The translations under genes were made by a program, and so were the position numbers. A stretch of 64,000 nucleotides of DNA from positions 32,001-96,000 of the IMG/VR virus record IMGVR_UViG_3300033273_000460; one strand, 5' to 3'. This DNA is from a virus. The notes under the pieces are model-generated. The model had not been told where the DNA came from, did no database searches, and saw nothing but the letters and a program-made list of their open reading frames with translations. Below, piece after piece: positions 37,901 to 45,538 of this stretch (positions within the stretch are counted from its first letter, which is position 1; each line of letters opens with the position of its first letter).

Positions 37901-39483
37901 AGCAAACCTTCACTGGTGATGGTGTAATAAACTATATGGTTCTAGGTGTTAGCCTAGATCAAGTTGCGCAGGAACTTGTGCTTAAAAATGGTGTCAAGCA
38001 GGTTAAGAATACAGATTATGTCATATCAGAAGCAGACAACAGAACCATTATTACCTTTACTTCAACACCTGCAGTAAACGATCACATACATGCAATTGCA
38101 AGTTCTCAAGATACCAGTAGATATGCATTTACAGAAACATACACACAGGCTATTACACTAACAAGTGGTGTGCAAACATACGACTTGGATAAAACAATTC
38201 AGTATGTTTGGCCATACGAAGGTGCAGTGGTTGCAGAAATGGATAATGCTAGACTGCGTCCTACAAATGCAAAGCACTACACTGGAGACGGAAGCACAGT
38301 AACCTATAGCATTCCAACCACTGCCGGCGAAGGAGCAGTTGCAGATGGTGACATACGTGTAAGTGTTATATCACCTGATGATAGAAGCACATTGTTCCCA
38401 ACAGTGAATAAAACTGTAAACATTGACTACACACTGGATCCTAGTGATGGATCAAGTGCAAGAACAATCACTTTCTACGATCCACCAAGCACAGGCGATA
38501 CAATTATTGTTAGTGTGCGCACAGGTGCAGAATATTTGGTTGATGGAACAACTATCACACTAACAAGTGCAGCACCTAGTTACACAACAGGTGACATATT
38601 ATATTTGACCAGTTTCTCAAATCACAATCCAATTAGACCACAAACACAAGTGTTCATAGGACTTGGCAGTGATACAGTGGTTGATGATGAATTTTTTGAT
38701 GAAAGTGGATTTGATAGCACAGGTTTTGATGAAACATTGATCACAGGTGTTAGCCTCAGCAAGTATTCACTGGATCGTGCAGTAACCAAAAATGACTATC
38801 TTTGGGTAACACTAGATGGGGTTAAATTGCATCCAGGTGAATATGACATTGATGACAATGGCAGATTAGATTTGACAAGTCAAACAGTTACAAGTGCCAG
38901 TGAAATTATTGTTACATCATTTACTGAAAATATTATAACACCTACAGTAGGATTTAGAATCTTTAAAGACATGTTGGGTGGCTACAATTACTATAGAATC
39001 TGCGACGACGAAAGCACTGTATTAGCACAAGATGTAAGTCCTACTGATACTAAAATTTATGTTCAAGATGCAAGCAGACTCAGTAACGTAACACGTGACA
39101 GCAGAAATCCAGGTGTGGTGTTTATTGGTAACGAACGTGTGACATATTGGGAAAGAAATACTGAAGAAAATTATATCACAGGCTTACGACGTTCAACACG
39201 TGGTACACGCTACGCACCTATTCACAGAGCGGGTGTTGCTGTTATTGATGCCAGTGAAGACAGCAGAATGCCTGCAACGGATACACATACCAAAACCTGG
39301 TATGATGCAGGCACAGGCACACCAGCAAATGGATTGGGCATACAAGCAAGCACAACAGTAAATGCAAAATACTTAAAAGCATGCACAGCAATACTACAAA
39401 ATTACACCAAAGAACTAGATAGTCCCAATTATATAGATGATGGTTATGTTGTAGATGGATATGTAGAAGTACAGCTGATTTAA
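25945..39483 (+). CDS. Giant (4512 aa) virion structural protein: baseplate wedge/fibre (gp7-like position) with FG-GAP propeller and beta-sandwich repeats
   Basis: Uninterrupted 13.5-kb ORF coupled to gp6 (TAATG). Contains seven FG-GAP-like repeats, GDG-T-x-F/Y modules, GTGY..EPTITIS..GG..ATA module, and EVKPYKTKIR. Confidence 0.75.
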   Translation: MALRKHSQLLPGVFQTSRNQKFLNATLDQLNSEPNNVRINQYIGRSPTRSYVKGDGYITESTALRQSYQLEPAVVYRNSAGEVESVDGIINAVNSIAFNNGDTNNLHNLVTQQYYNYEGWVDNDKLINYGEYFWLPKGPDVVNVGGSAVDPEKDFTVNRSDTTRITELYDSNPYDSQPFAEYFEDISTATSYYTFNNDADQNQTIYLARGGEYTFTVDQPGFPFWIQTEIGISGISTSQSNISTREVAGVVNNGEDDGVITYRVPTVDDQNYYVNLPVTANVDLATDLTWKQLHNQPLANILANGGIDTLTSFDGKTLVFANQNLNEREWEAGALFDSVGFDDPEGFDPTTVISIADRYSVYKINVTNIAGTDYVLLTKLSDIPQYTKVKIKQGVTYGSRELYKNVDGLLELIPPITADNNVLYYRDGVNENMFGRIVLVDIGNAQTINVTNDIIGQNDYTAPNGVVFTNGLKIEFDSTVLPESYQNNTYYIEGVGQRSGICLVPEVDLSTPETFTNSLSEPFDSIGFDAGNFDGTEFAPSDPDYIVMNRACRDNNAWSRYNRWFHKSVIEAAAAYNDFTVTVDYTARAKRPIVEYRAGLQLFNHGINAKQPVSIFDVTQTDALSNVAGTTGYYADGINLDPQMRIVFSADTDENVRKTVYRVDFIDQDGDITTDKIINLVPVDTITEDDCLVAKLGTTNQGKMFYFKNGVWNESQQKTELFQDPLFDIHNGSHVSLSDTTAYPDSSFVGTKLFSYKRNNNAASDSVLGFGLSYKNFNNIGDIVFDNNFISDTFTYTKPSTGKQTSIIVKSGHAHSYDYNTGARRLENGWRRINVESKDFQIVRYEVVDEFYSFEIGCQPYQNNTSTNLKVYINSKFLEPSKYTVLSQNNKYYVVLDTAAQVDDVVVIKVFSNDLTSLGYFETPVNLENNANNTDFTDLTLGQMRNHHIEIGENIPTLSGSILGANNMRDIDVAQYAGKILQHSAGAIIPFYLLTNEKANIIDAIKFSSTEYTRFKNRFIDNLDKLDLDLLDAAGSVDKILETMVGSKTNAFPFYYSDMVGWGNQKSTYNYTLDNIQERFYEFGTQFDLNDVSQRSVLVYLTNSKNQKQQLVHGRDYTFDTEVAGIHLDTNLTIAVGNVLTIVEYTDTDGSFVPPTPSKLGLWPAIEPSVYLEQNFGYEDTGTGPYKVYGTLDPNYTQHGQGQLGFAYPLYTTYEAAQAADRAAGGDGTGIHIHKFIGTPQLFYMPAAAGLPQHGAQDNSTIDYYPGVRTIIRGHDGSRYVGFGDVRDSIIFEYEARVYNNIKTVYSNELFDWQEVLTGYARSTQEDRKIENDILRSSYGTWAEKNRIDITKNDTFSVANAFTWNYSQSQNKNTGDTWPGGWRGIFNWLYDTETPHLTPWEMLGLSSKPSWWDYRYGAAPYTKGNTVLWEDLRDGKLYSDAISSEYTTLSRYQRPELLDFIPTDEQGNLRPPADFACKDLSVSTANGTWRFGDYSPQETAWRTSSEWPFAAQLLGILRKPAKYCSLLWDTNLFEYNSAFDQILQKNRTYRPNLADYCLHGVADSNGTISRREGYNQFIFNHLVYNNFSASDVETKVRNLELNLCYAVGGFTDKNLLKVVAETATPNTSNNTIFVPDENYTIFLSKSTPLERVVYSGVRIVRVENGYKITGYDSANPFFKVVPSKKSQNTRTFSIGPDTGFSVYDDYNPYIVNLAYGTVLSTKQQVVDFLNSLQRYYVNKGIVFDNDNGDFIQAAKEFVFWSQQGWETGSVFTVSPLYDRIKINRNFTTIDDLSQTISLRDVNGKPIAKTDYKVSRIDNETIVYVNSENTVLASAVINPIQYEHVLVLDNETIFNDLVYQPNLGNRQDRLKLIGQKTGDWNGTLHAPGYIVSADSFNIWLENKSYSKGEYVSFRNKEYVANQDHSGTSTFDYDNWDLLPNYKSGLLKNIAHRSSQFENFYNIDILNIENDVDLAGKGLIGFRSREWLENLGLDDVSQVKFYQGLLKGKGTSDVINKLINADLTNLNQEIDFYEEWGFRVGEYGSNESNQVVEVIVDESNSLNNPITVEFLGDGESVEKEQNLGITASDLYKTPGGFTKDLWKVRTANTKQTDLDHVGYPRLDDVDYTVVENFTDLEPQIQDLGRGDKVWIARDAATAGQWNVYRIDETETSVSEISSTNTGLLNVTLDGNHDLAKDDWIILKTDEFYGGIYQVQRILSNRSFQILSEFELPEPIEEINSVPVYKFVSNRFTNLKDLSSYTPLYGFFQNELVWVDSDENNRWAAYQKKLPWTQNDVITSTSIAAAGHMGESVSIAKDSNIALVGAPDSAEGRVIHYKVDSTTNRLTQASVKKVVTKTVVDEYGYSVASGDVWHAVGAPATNTGTGAVFLYTRDSNNDLTLSQILGYNASAGRFGHSIAISNNEQYMVIGSPGRSSSTGRVHVFGYRNVDPADEETVTITGTGTDTYALGFSPLSQHSLLVVDDQGTYYIPNIDFTTSGSNIVFTTNLNAPRVVSATQKSHWAQADFITSSNSTTGDQFGYSVDIDATGRTIVVGAPYADLADSTSTVFTDAGEVYVYNNTVEAFTADGTSKTYNTTNTIDADGVTVTVDGTEYVNVTAGKLAGETEASAINHYSVSGNSITFSYAPAKDEIIRVWTGTYKETQRIDQNITGESLTEDENFGYSVAINTYGSAIAIGCPGEDETNPNTGSVFVFTDTGLRFGTVNTETTLHSLDYFENESLFINDFEVTASADDTDIQQFIADITTANIAGVSAANRETATHQATISTTTTTPNERLRIRPGKGALFDKVAVTPFVLTQKINHPSLFENENFGKKVAFDKHINANGVSTQNLVVSSDRSSTLLPVGFDKITDTSDPDYNTYATTFDDDGTLFIDRETQSGAAYVYEFTSAPYESITNYPQHLFQQQLTSSTIDKLDEFGSAIAINNKRVLVGSRRDDELAVDAGSVYEFNTDTGIGWVKKRTQADKVDISLFNRVVTYNTEEQEIITFCDYIDPYKLKVAGIAQQEIDYFTDFDPAKYNTWNDEHIGRVWWDLSTAMFIEYEQGELDYRTQYWGRMFPGTSPDVYEWVESDVPPAQYTGEGTPRSTTAYSVAEQVDSATNTSQTFYYFWVIGKESIPNLEFRSTSTQAVARAIENPIGNNIKHVQFIAPDAFNLVNITPDLDSNKVAVSINYDRIANDGILHSEFDLVSKGDPLQEIPSRIWNKIVDSCAGKDAVGNAVPTAGLSAAERYGISIRPRQTLYRNRFKAIQVFVDYCNQQFRNFPVIRQANINNFLAKDEVQPTSASGLWDKKVNSIEERDYLNTALFATGYNVLVTSDSTQNGRWSIYQLQSDDTWTRTRTQSYDTTEQWSYKTWYAPGFNEFTVPLYQVDLEADLETLTDATVGELAKVLSNDDGNESSFELQSDGTWREVIISNGTVEFKTTLYTDYNSASTDFPADEMRNLLSAVKNDIFINDKALMMNELFFRMVEYNLDEYGIVHPDWVLKTSFIRVSHKLRDLVQYPTFRNDNSEFVETFINEVKPYKTKIRDYTTRFAGDDNFAGDVTDFDTHAFYDQDLTLFRKPSGDYAGDEILRTQGLNTPWGENYTYRVDEIEIYTAGTGYIVEPTITISAPDVEGGVQATAVAITNGSAIIAVNMTNKGSGYTTIPTLTISGEAGTGLKLIPRLKNDAIREFDLTLKFDRITFSATVKDWTANTSYDYLDLIAYKNTNTGIQEVYQVDVTGGFTSGATFSAETANGTTALVIYADESIANNADRIAAYYTPTTGMIGDDLNLLQIGTDYTGTRVAGLGFDQSPGFDSASFDRSGFDSFEIDTDGLEVLAGTLIDSNIRSTFTDSLLGTRPEDVDINGGKFVDVYNSHAPEEFVPGRVFDTLDIEVYTDPSDDFEYDGNGFNIVTRAYVSDGTTSTFSFASTSLAQDVDNVYVWVGSQRQYDATVNHTARTVTLSTTPSVGVGINIYGYGFTGEKITHEQTFTGDGVINYMVLGVSLDQVAQELVLKNGVKQVKNTDYVISEADNRTIITFTSTPAVNDHIHAIASSQDTSRYAFTETYTQAITLTSGVQTYDLDKTIQYVWPYEGAVVAEMDNARLRPTNAKHYTGDGSTVTYSIPTTAGEGAVADGDIRVSVISPDDRSTLFPTVNKTVNIDYTLDPSDGSSARTITFYDPPSTGDTIIVSVRTGAEYLVDGTTITLTSAAPSYTTGDILYLTSFSNHNPIRPQTQVFIGLGSDTVVDDEFFDESGFDSTGFDETLITGVSLSKYSLDRAVTKNDYLWVTLDGVKLHPGEYDIDDNGRLDLTSQTVTSASEIIVTSFTENIITPTVGFRIFKDMLGGYNYYRICDDESTVLAQDVSPTDTKIYVQDASRLSNVTRDSRNPGVVFIGNERVTYWERNTEENYITGLRRSTRGTRYAPIHRAGVAVIDASEDSRMPATDTHTKTWYDAGTGTPANGLGIQASTTVNAKYLKACTAILQNYTKELDSPNYIDDGYVVDGYVEVQLI

Positions 39484-39487
39484 GGTA

Positions 39488-39494
39488 ATAAATA
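39488..39494 (+). promoter_or_regulatory. Late-promoter-like ATAAATA upstream of the tail fibre gene
   Basis: Intergenic, upstream of the ATG at 39513. Confidence 0.55.
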
Positions 39495-39512
39495 TGTTAG
39501 AGGTAGAATATA

Positions 39513-42392
39513 ATGGCAATCATTCTTAGAGCAAGTAAAAGTGTTCCACTTACGTTTACTGAAATGGACGGAAACTTTAGTGACCTTAATTCTCGTACCA
39601 CAACACTTGAAGGTGCACATATCAAGAATGTAAATGGTGTTACTGCCAACAGTAGCAATGCTATAACAATAGATACAGATGATGTTGGCGAAGGTTCTAC
39701 CAATCAGTATTTTACAAATGCAAGAGCAAGAAGTGCTATCAGCATCACTGATGCAGGAGGCGACGGAAGTCTTAGTTACAACAGCAGCACTGGTGTAATA
39801 ACATACACAGGTCCTAGTGCAGCAGAAGTAAGAGCACACATCAGTGCAACTAGTGCGTCTGGTGTTACTTACACAGCCGGCACAGGTGTAATTGCACTTG
39901 CTAGTATACCAAACAGTAGTATCACAAACAGCACAATTACAGTTGCAGGTGACAGTGGCAGCACTGCTATAGACTTAGGCGATACATTAACAGTAACAGG
40001 TGGTAGTGGACTTGAAACCAGTCAAAGCGGCGATACTTTAACAATAGATGTAAGTGCAAATGGTATCAATGATACACACATTGATTTTGGTACAGGCGCT
40101 AACCAAGTAAGCACTGCTGATCTTCCAGAACAAACTAATTTGTATTACACAGATGTTAGAGCAGATGCAAGAATTGCTGCAGCTAATCTAACAGATCTTA
40201 ATGATGTAACCTACAGTTCACCAACCACAAACTATGTGTTGACATGGACTGGTAGTCAATGGGAAGCACTAGCAGCACCTGGTGCAGCAGGCGGTGAAGT
40301 AAACGTAGGTATCAACGTAGGCGGCTACAATGAATTGTTCAAAGAAAAAGCAGGCGTTGAATTGCGTTTCCGCACAATAGATCATGGTGATAATTTAAGC
40401 ATCACACAAGGCACAGACACACTTACAATCAACACAGTTGCAGCGCCAGAGTTTGGCAACATCAAAATTGGCGGCAACACCATTGAAAATATTAGCACAA
40501 ACAGCAACATTGCATTGGTGCCAAATGGCACAGGTGTTGTAACCACAGACGGTGATCTTCTACCAGCAAGTGATAGCGCATATGACCTAGGTGCAGTTGG
40601 CACTGAATGGGCAAATGCATACATTGATGATGTAACAGCAACAAACTTAACAGGTACGATACAAACAGGTGCACAGCCAAACATTGTTAGCATTGGTGCA
40701 CAAACTGCTAACATCAACATGAACAACAACAAGCTCATCAATGTTACAGATCCTACCAGCGCACAAGATGCAGCAACCAAAGCATATGTTGATTCACAAC
40801 TGCAAACACAAGACACACTTCAAGAAATTACAGATAATGGTGCAACCACAACAAACACCATCACTGCAAATGGCTTTACCACAGATGGATTGACTGTTAC
40901 AGACAACAACATTCAAACCACAAGAAGCAACGACAACATTGTGATGTTGCCAAATGGCACTGGTGTTGTTGAAATGCGCAGTGCTGTGGCAATGAGCACA
41001 AACAAAATTACAGGTGTAGGTGATCCAACCAGTGCGCAGGATGCAGCAACCAAAGCATACGTTGACGGTGCATTGTCAAGTGGAACAACAATCTTCACAC
41101 TGCAAGCAGACAGTGGATCAAATGACACAGTGCTAACAGGTGACACTATTGACTTTGAAGGCACAGCAAATGAAATTGAAACAGTTGTAACCAGTAATAA
41201 AGTTACTTTTGGATTACCAAATGATGTAACAATTACTAATAACTTAACCATTGGCGGCAACTTTACTGTAAATGGTACAACCACAACAGTAGACACAACA
41301 AACTTAAACGTTACAGACAGTTTGATTAGACTTGCAGTGGGCAATGAATCAAGTGATACACTTGACATTGGTTTTGTTGGACACTATTATGATGGTGCAA
41401 ACACATCACACGCTGGTTTGTTCCGTGATGCCAGTGACGGCAAATTCAAAATGTTCAGTGCATATGATGCTGAACCAACTGCTAACACAATTAATATTGC
41501 AGATCCGCTGTTCAGACTTGCAACACTACAGTTAGAAGCACTTGAAATAGGTGCAACAGATGATCCAAGTTTACACATTCGTGGTTCAAGCATCAGCACA
41601 GTAAACACAAACCAAAATCTTACCCTAGACACAGCAGGCAGTGGTGTTATTGAACTTAATAGTATTACAAATGTTACAGGTGATGTAACCCTCAAAGCAC
41701 AAAGTGACCTACGCTTTGCTGATAGTGATAGTAGTAATCATGTTGGTTTCCAAGCACCTGCTACAATAGCAAGTAATTTAATTTGGACGCTGCCAGATGA
41801 TGATGCCAGTGTAAGCGGTTATGCACTAGTTAGTAATGGATCAGGTGTATTGAGTTGGGCAGCGGCTGGCGCAGATGTTTCTGCAGATGCTAGTACAAAC
41901 ACAGATTTCAATGTATACTTTGCAAGCACTACCAGTGGCGTACTTACTGCAGTAAAATATGATACAGCATTGCACTACAACCCAAGTACAGAAACACTTA
42001 CAGCAACAAACTTTGATGGTGTTGCTACCAGCGCACAATATGCTGACTTGGCTGAGATTTACACTCCAGATGTGGATTATTCACCAGGCACAGTTGTAAC
42101 CATAGGCGGTACACAAGAAATAACTGCAGCAAATCACAACACACAATATCTAGCAGGTGTGATATCAACTGCTCCGGCTTATTTGATGAACAGTAACGCA
42201 GATGGACAAGCAGTTGCACTGGTTGGTCGTGTTCCGGTGCTGGTTGTAGGTGCGGTAAATAAAGGACAGGCTGTTTTTGCAGCAGACGGTGGTGTAGCAA
42301 GTACAAATGGACAAGGACCTATTGTGGGTATTGCGCTAGAATCAAGCAGCAACACCGAGGAAAAACTTATTGAATGTTTGTTGAAAGTATAG
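39513..42392 (+). CDS. Tail fibre protein with C-terminal intramolecular-chaperone-like domain
   Basis: N-terminal LTFTEMDGNF, G/T/S-rich body, two PTSAQDAATKAYVD repeats, C-terminal AQYADLAE..GVISTAPAYLMN..GRVPV. Confidence 0.75.
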   Translation: MAIILRASKSVPLTFTEMDGNFSDLNSRTTTLEGAHIKNVNGVTANSSNAITIDTDDVGEGSTNQYFTNARARSAISITDAGGDGSLSYNSSTGVITYTGPSAAEVRAHISATSASGVTYTAGTGVIALASIPNSSITNSTITVAGDSGSTAIDLGDTLTVTGGSGLETSQSGDTLTIDVSANGINDTHIDFGTGANQVSTADLPEQTNLYYTDVRADARIAAANLTDLNDVTYSSPTTNYVLTWTGSQWEALAAPGAAGGEVNVGINVGGYNELFKEKAGVELRFRTIDHGDNLSITQGTDTLTINTVAAPEFGNIKIGGNTIENISTNSNIALVPNGTGVVTTDGDLLPASDSAYDLGAVGTEWANAYIDDVTATNLTGTIQTGAQPNIVSIGAQTANINMNNNKLINVTDPTSAQDAATKAYVDSQLQTQDTLQEITDNGATTTNTITANGFTTDGLTVTDNNIQTTRSNDNIVMLPNGTGVVEMRSAVAMSTNKITGVGDPTSAQDAATKAYVDGALSSGTTIFTLQADSGSNDTVLTGDTIDFEGTANEIETVVTSNKVTFGLPNDVTITNNLTIGGNFTVNGTTTTVDTTNLNVTDSLIRLAVGNESSDTLDIGFVGHYYDGANTSHAGLFRDASDGKFKMFSAYDAEPTANTINIADPLFRLATLQLEALEIGATDDPSLHIRGSSISTVNTNQNLTLDTAGSGVIELNSITNVTGDVTLKAQSDLRFADSDSSNHVGFQAPATIASNLIWTLPDDDASVSGYALVSNGSGVLSWAAAGADVSADASTNTDFNVYFASTTSGVLTAVKYDTALHYNPSTETLTATNFDGVATSAQYADLAEIYTPDVDYSPGTVVTIGGTQEITAANHNTQYLAGVISTAPAYLMNSNADGQAVALVGRVPVLVVGAVNKGQAVFAADGGVASTNGQGPIVGIALESSSNTEEKLIECLLKV

Positions 42393-42396
42393 TATA

Positions 42397-43056
42397 ATGT
42401 CTGAACAGGGTAAAAATATGCAACCAGAAAACAAAAAACCACAAACACCACTAAAAGAAAACAGCGGCGTTATGATGGAAGGACACATCAGAATCTTTGA
42501 TCCTGAAACTGGTGAAGACATTGTAAACAAACGCAATGCCATACACTATGAAAATATGAGTGAAGCACTTGCTCTTAGTGTATCAAACAAAACCACAGGT
42601 TTTATTCATGAAATGGCGTTTGGAAATGGCGGTACCAGTGTTGATCCAACAGGCGTTATAACATATTTGCCAGCAAACAGTAGTGGTGCAAATGCAAGTT
42701 TGTACAACCAAACATATTACAAAGTAGTTGACGACAACAGTAGTCTTAACACAGACCCGGGTCGTAACAAATTGACAGTTAATCATGTAGCAGGCAACAT
42801 TTACACAGATATTGTTGTAAGTTGTTTGCTTGATTACGGCGAGCCTAGCGGACAGCAGGCTTTTGATAACACCAGTAATTTCAATGAAACTTATACATTT
42901 GACGAGTTGGGATTGAAGAGTTGGGTAGGGACAGTGAACACAGGAAAACTGCTTACACATGTTGTTTTCCATCCAGTCCAAAAAAGTTTGAACAGACTTA
43001 TACAAATTGATTATACAATCAGAATTCAAACACTAACGAATTTAAGTGCAGTATAA
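42397..43056 (+). CDS. Virion structural protein (baseplate/fibre attachment)
   Basis: Motifs KRNAIHYENMS, MAFGNGGT, FDELGL, LLTHVVFHPVQKSLNR.IQIDYTIRI; lies between fibre genes. Alternative start at 42418. Confidence 0.6.
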   Translation: MSEQGKNMQPENKKPQTPLKENSGVMMEGHIRIFDPETGEDIVNKRNAIHYENMSEALALSVSNKTTGFIHEMAFGNGGTSVDPTGVITYLPANSSGANASLYNQTYYKVVDDNSSLNTDPGRNKLTVNHVAGNIYTDIVVSCLLDYGEPSGQQAFDNTSNFNETYTFDELGLKSWVGTVNTGKLLTHVVFHPVQKSLNRLIQIDYTIRIQTLTNLSAV

Positions 43057-43076
43057 TGTATAGTTATATTTGTGGC

Positions 43077-43083
43077 ATAAATA
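43077..43083 (+). promoter_or_regulatory. Late-promoter-like ATAAATA
   Basis: Intergenic, upstream of the ATG at 43110 (GGAG SD). Confidence 0.55.
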
Positions 43084-43109
43084 ACATAATAATGTGGAGT
43101 TAAAGAAAC

Positions 43110-44564
43110 ATGGCATATACAGTAAATAAAACCAACGGTGCTGTATTAGCAACAGTAGCAGATGGTACAATTGATACCTCAACTGACCTAGTACTTATAG
43201 GTAAAAACTATGCAGGTTATGGTGAGTTCCTAAACGAAAATACTGTTAAACTATTAGAAAATTTTGCTAATACCAGCGCACCTAGTTCACCACTAGCAGG
43301 TCAATTGTGGTGGGATACAACAAACAGTCTACTTAAAGTTTACAATGGTAGCAGTTTCAAAACAATTAGTGCAAGCACAGCAAGTGCTAGTGAACCAACC
43401 AGTAACGTTACAGGTAACCTTTGGTGGGATACCACAAACGGACAGTTGAAAGTTTACAATGGTAGTAGCTTTGTTACAATTGGTCCAACTTTCACTGCAG
43501 CACAAGGCACATCAGGTGCTATTGTTGAGACTGTTACGGACAGCGGTGCAACAGATCATGTTGTTGTTAAGTTATATGCAGGCGGCACAGTAGTTGGCAC
43601 AGTCAGTAAAGATGCTCAATTTACTCCACAAGCAGCTTTATCAGGCTTTGCAACAATCAGCCCAGGTATCCAAGTTAGCACAACAGTAAGTGGTGCCAAA
43701 TTCCAAGGTACAGCAACAGATGCAGATGCACTTGGCGGCGTTGCAGCAGCAAACTATTTGCGCAGTAATGCAAACGACACCACAAGCGGTACATTAGGTG
43801 TATTAAATGACACAGGTCTAAGCATTGGTGTTGATCAAGACTTAACAGTAAGTGTAAGCGGAAGCAATGTACAAGTTAAAAACGTAACCACAGACGGCGA
43901 CATCATCTTTAATGTAAATGATGGTGGTAGCGACACAACTGCAATGACAATTGATGGTGCAACATCAAGAGTCACAGTGGCAGGCGATCCAACAGCAAAC
44001 CTTGGTGTTGCAACAAAACAATATGTTGACAACTCAATCAGTGCTGGTGGCGCAACAAGTCCACTACTTGCAGATGGTAGTGTACAAATCCAAGGTGTGC
44101 TACGTCCAGATGGTAGTGGTACACGCGACCTAGGCACCAGTGGTGCTCCTTTTGCAACCATTTACGGTGAATCAACTTCAGCACAATATGCTGACGTAGC
44201 GGAAATGTTTGCACCTGATGTACAGTATGCGCCCGGTACAATTGTAGCACTTGGTGGTGCTGCAGAAATTACAGCAGCCAATGATGAACTTGCCGAAGAT
44301 GTATTTGGTGTTATCAGTACAAAACCAGCATACTTAATGAACAATGCACTAGCAAACGGACAACCAGTTGCTGTTGCAGGTCGTGTGCCGGTTCGTGTTG
44401 TTGGACAGATAAATAAAGGTGATAGACTAGTAAGTGCAGGTAACGGCCTTGCAAGAGCAGCAGCCGTTAGTGAAGCAAATTCATTTAATGTTATTGGCCG
44501 CGCACTTGAATCAAAGACAACTGTAGAAGAAGGCACAGTGGAAGCCTTTGTCACTATTAATTAA
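43110..44564 (+). CDS. Short tail fibre-like virion protein with C-terminal chaperone-like domain
   Basis: GKNYAGYGEFLNEN..KLLENFA, two GxLWWDTTN..LKVYNG repeats, and a C-terminal AQYADVAE domain paralogous to that of 39513..42392. Confidence 0.7.
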   Translation: MAYTVNKTNGAVLATVADGTIDTSTDLVLIGKNYAGYGEFLNENTVKLLENFANTSAPSSPLAGQLWWDTTNSLLKVYNGSSFKTISASTASASEPTSNVTGNLWWDTTNGQLKVYNGSSFVTIGPTFTAAQGTSGAIVETVTDSGATDHVVVKLYAGGTVVGTVSKDAQFTPQAALSGFATISPGIQVSTTVSGAKFQGTATDADALGGVAAANYLRSNANDTTSGTLGVLNDTGLSIGVDQDLTVSVSGSNVQVKNVTTDGDIIFNVNDGGSDTTAMTIDGATSRVTVAGDPTANLGVATKQYVDNSISAGGATSPLLADGSVQIQGVLRPDGSGTRDLGTSGAPFATIYGESTSAQYADVAEMFAPDVQYAPGTIVALGGAAEITAANDELAEDVFGVISTKPAYLMNNALANGQPVAVAGRVPVRVVGQINKGDRLVSAGNGLARAAAVSEANSFNVIGRALESKTTVEEGTVEAFVTIN

Positions 44565-44578
44565 TCGGAGAATAACAA

Positions 44579-45517
44579 ATGGCATATACATCTGGTGATA
44601 CCATACTAGACGATCACTACAATGATTTTGCAACAAGCGTTAATGCAATATGGGGCACAGGATCAAGTGTTCGTGGTTATGGGCAAAGCAGTACAGTAAG
44701 TAGTGTCAGTGCTGGTACTACAATTACTGCTACACAATGGTCCACGCTATTAGATAGAATAAGAAGCATCAGTGATCACCAAGGCAATGATGCCAGTATA
44801 ACAATTGACACAGTGACAAATCCTAGTGCAGGTAACACAATTAGTGCTTTTACAACACTTAGTACAGATATTGGAACAATTGATACCAGTGCTGCAGCCG
44901 CAGCAAATGCCGCAGGTTTTGGAACTGCAATCACTGATACAGCAGCTCTTTCTACTTCACTTACAGGAACCATTACACAAACTGACACACTTACATTTGC
45001 AAGTGCAGATGCAATGCGTTATGGTTTTAATGCAGGTGGTAAAATTGAAGTTAGTTGGAATTTAAGTGGTGGTACTGCAGATGACAAGTACAACAACTGG
45101 GTTGCACTAGCAACTGCATGTGGTACATATCAAATTTTTGCAAACACCAGTGGTAAGTCAGGTGGTAGTGGATCTCCAAACGTCAACCTTACCGATGAAG
45201 GTTTCTATGACATGAGTACTAGTGCAGTAGCATCCTTTAGACAGTATGAAGATACAGCACCTTACACAGCCAGTTATATCCAACTTAATACTCAACTAAA
45301 TGCTGCACCTGGCAGTGCTACAGTGATGACACTGACCAGTTATTGGGTTGATGGCGCAGCAGATCAAACCAGTTACAACAAAAACATCTACAACGTGCTT
45401 GATCAGGTTGATGGTACAAAAACAACAACATTCAGTTGGTACCCACCAGCAACCACTTATCTTACAGCAACGTGGGGAACACCTACTTGGTCAACCACAG
45501 TTAACTCACACGCATAA
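44579..45517 (+). CDS. Virion structural protein (T/S/G-rich)
   Basis: Motifs MAYTSGDTI, GYGQS, ITATQW..L, RYGFNAGGKI; last gene of the tail module. Confidence 0.55.
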   Translation: MAYTSGDTILDDHYNDFATSVNAIWGTGSSVRGYGQSSTVSSVSAGTTITATQWSTLLDRIRSISDHQGNDASITIDTVTNPSAGNTISAFTTLSTDIGTIDTSAAAAANAAGFGTAITDTAALSTSLTGTITQTDTLTFASADAMRYGFNAGGKIEVSWNLSGGTADDKYNNWVALATACGTYQIFANTSGKSGGSGSPNVNLTDEGFYDMSTSAVASFRQYEDTAPYTASYIQLNTQLNAAPGSATVMTLTSYWVDGAADQTSYNKNIYNVLDQVDGTKTTTFSWYPPATTYLTATWGTPTWSTTVNSHA

Positions 45518-45538
45518 GAGTCAAGCACATAAAATAAA

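Noticed and set aside
39513-45517. Diversity-generating retroelement acting on the fibres
   Set aside because: No reverse transcriptase in the window, and the paralogous C-termini differ at all base types rather than only at adenines.
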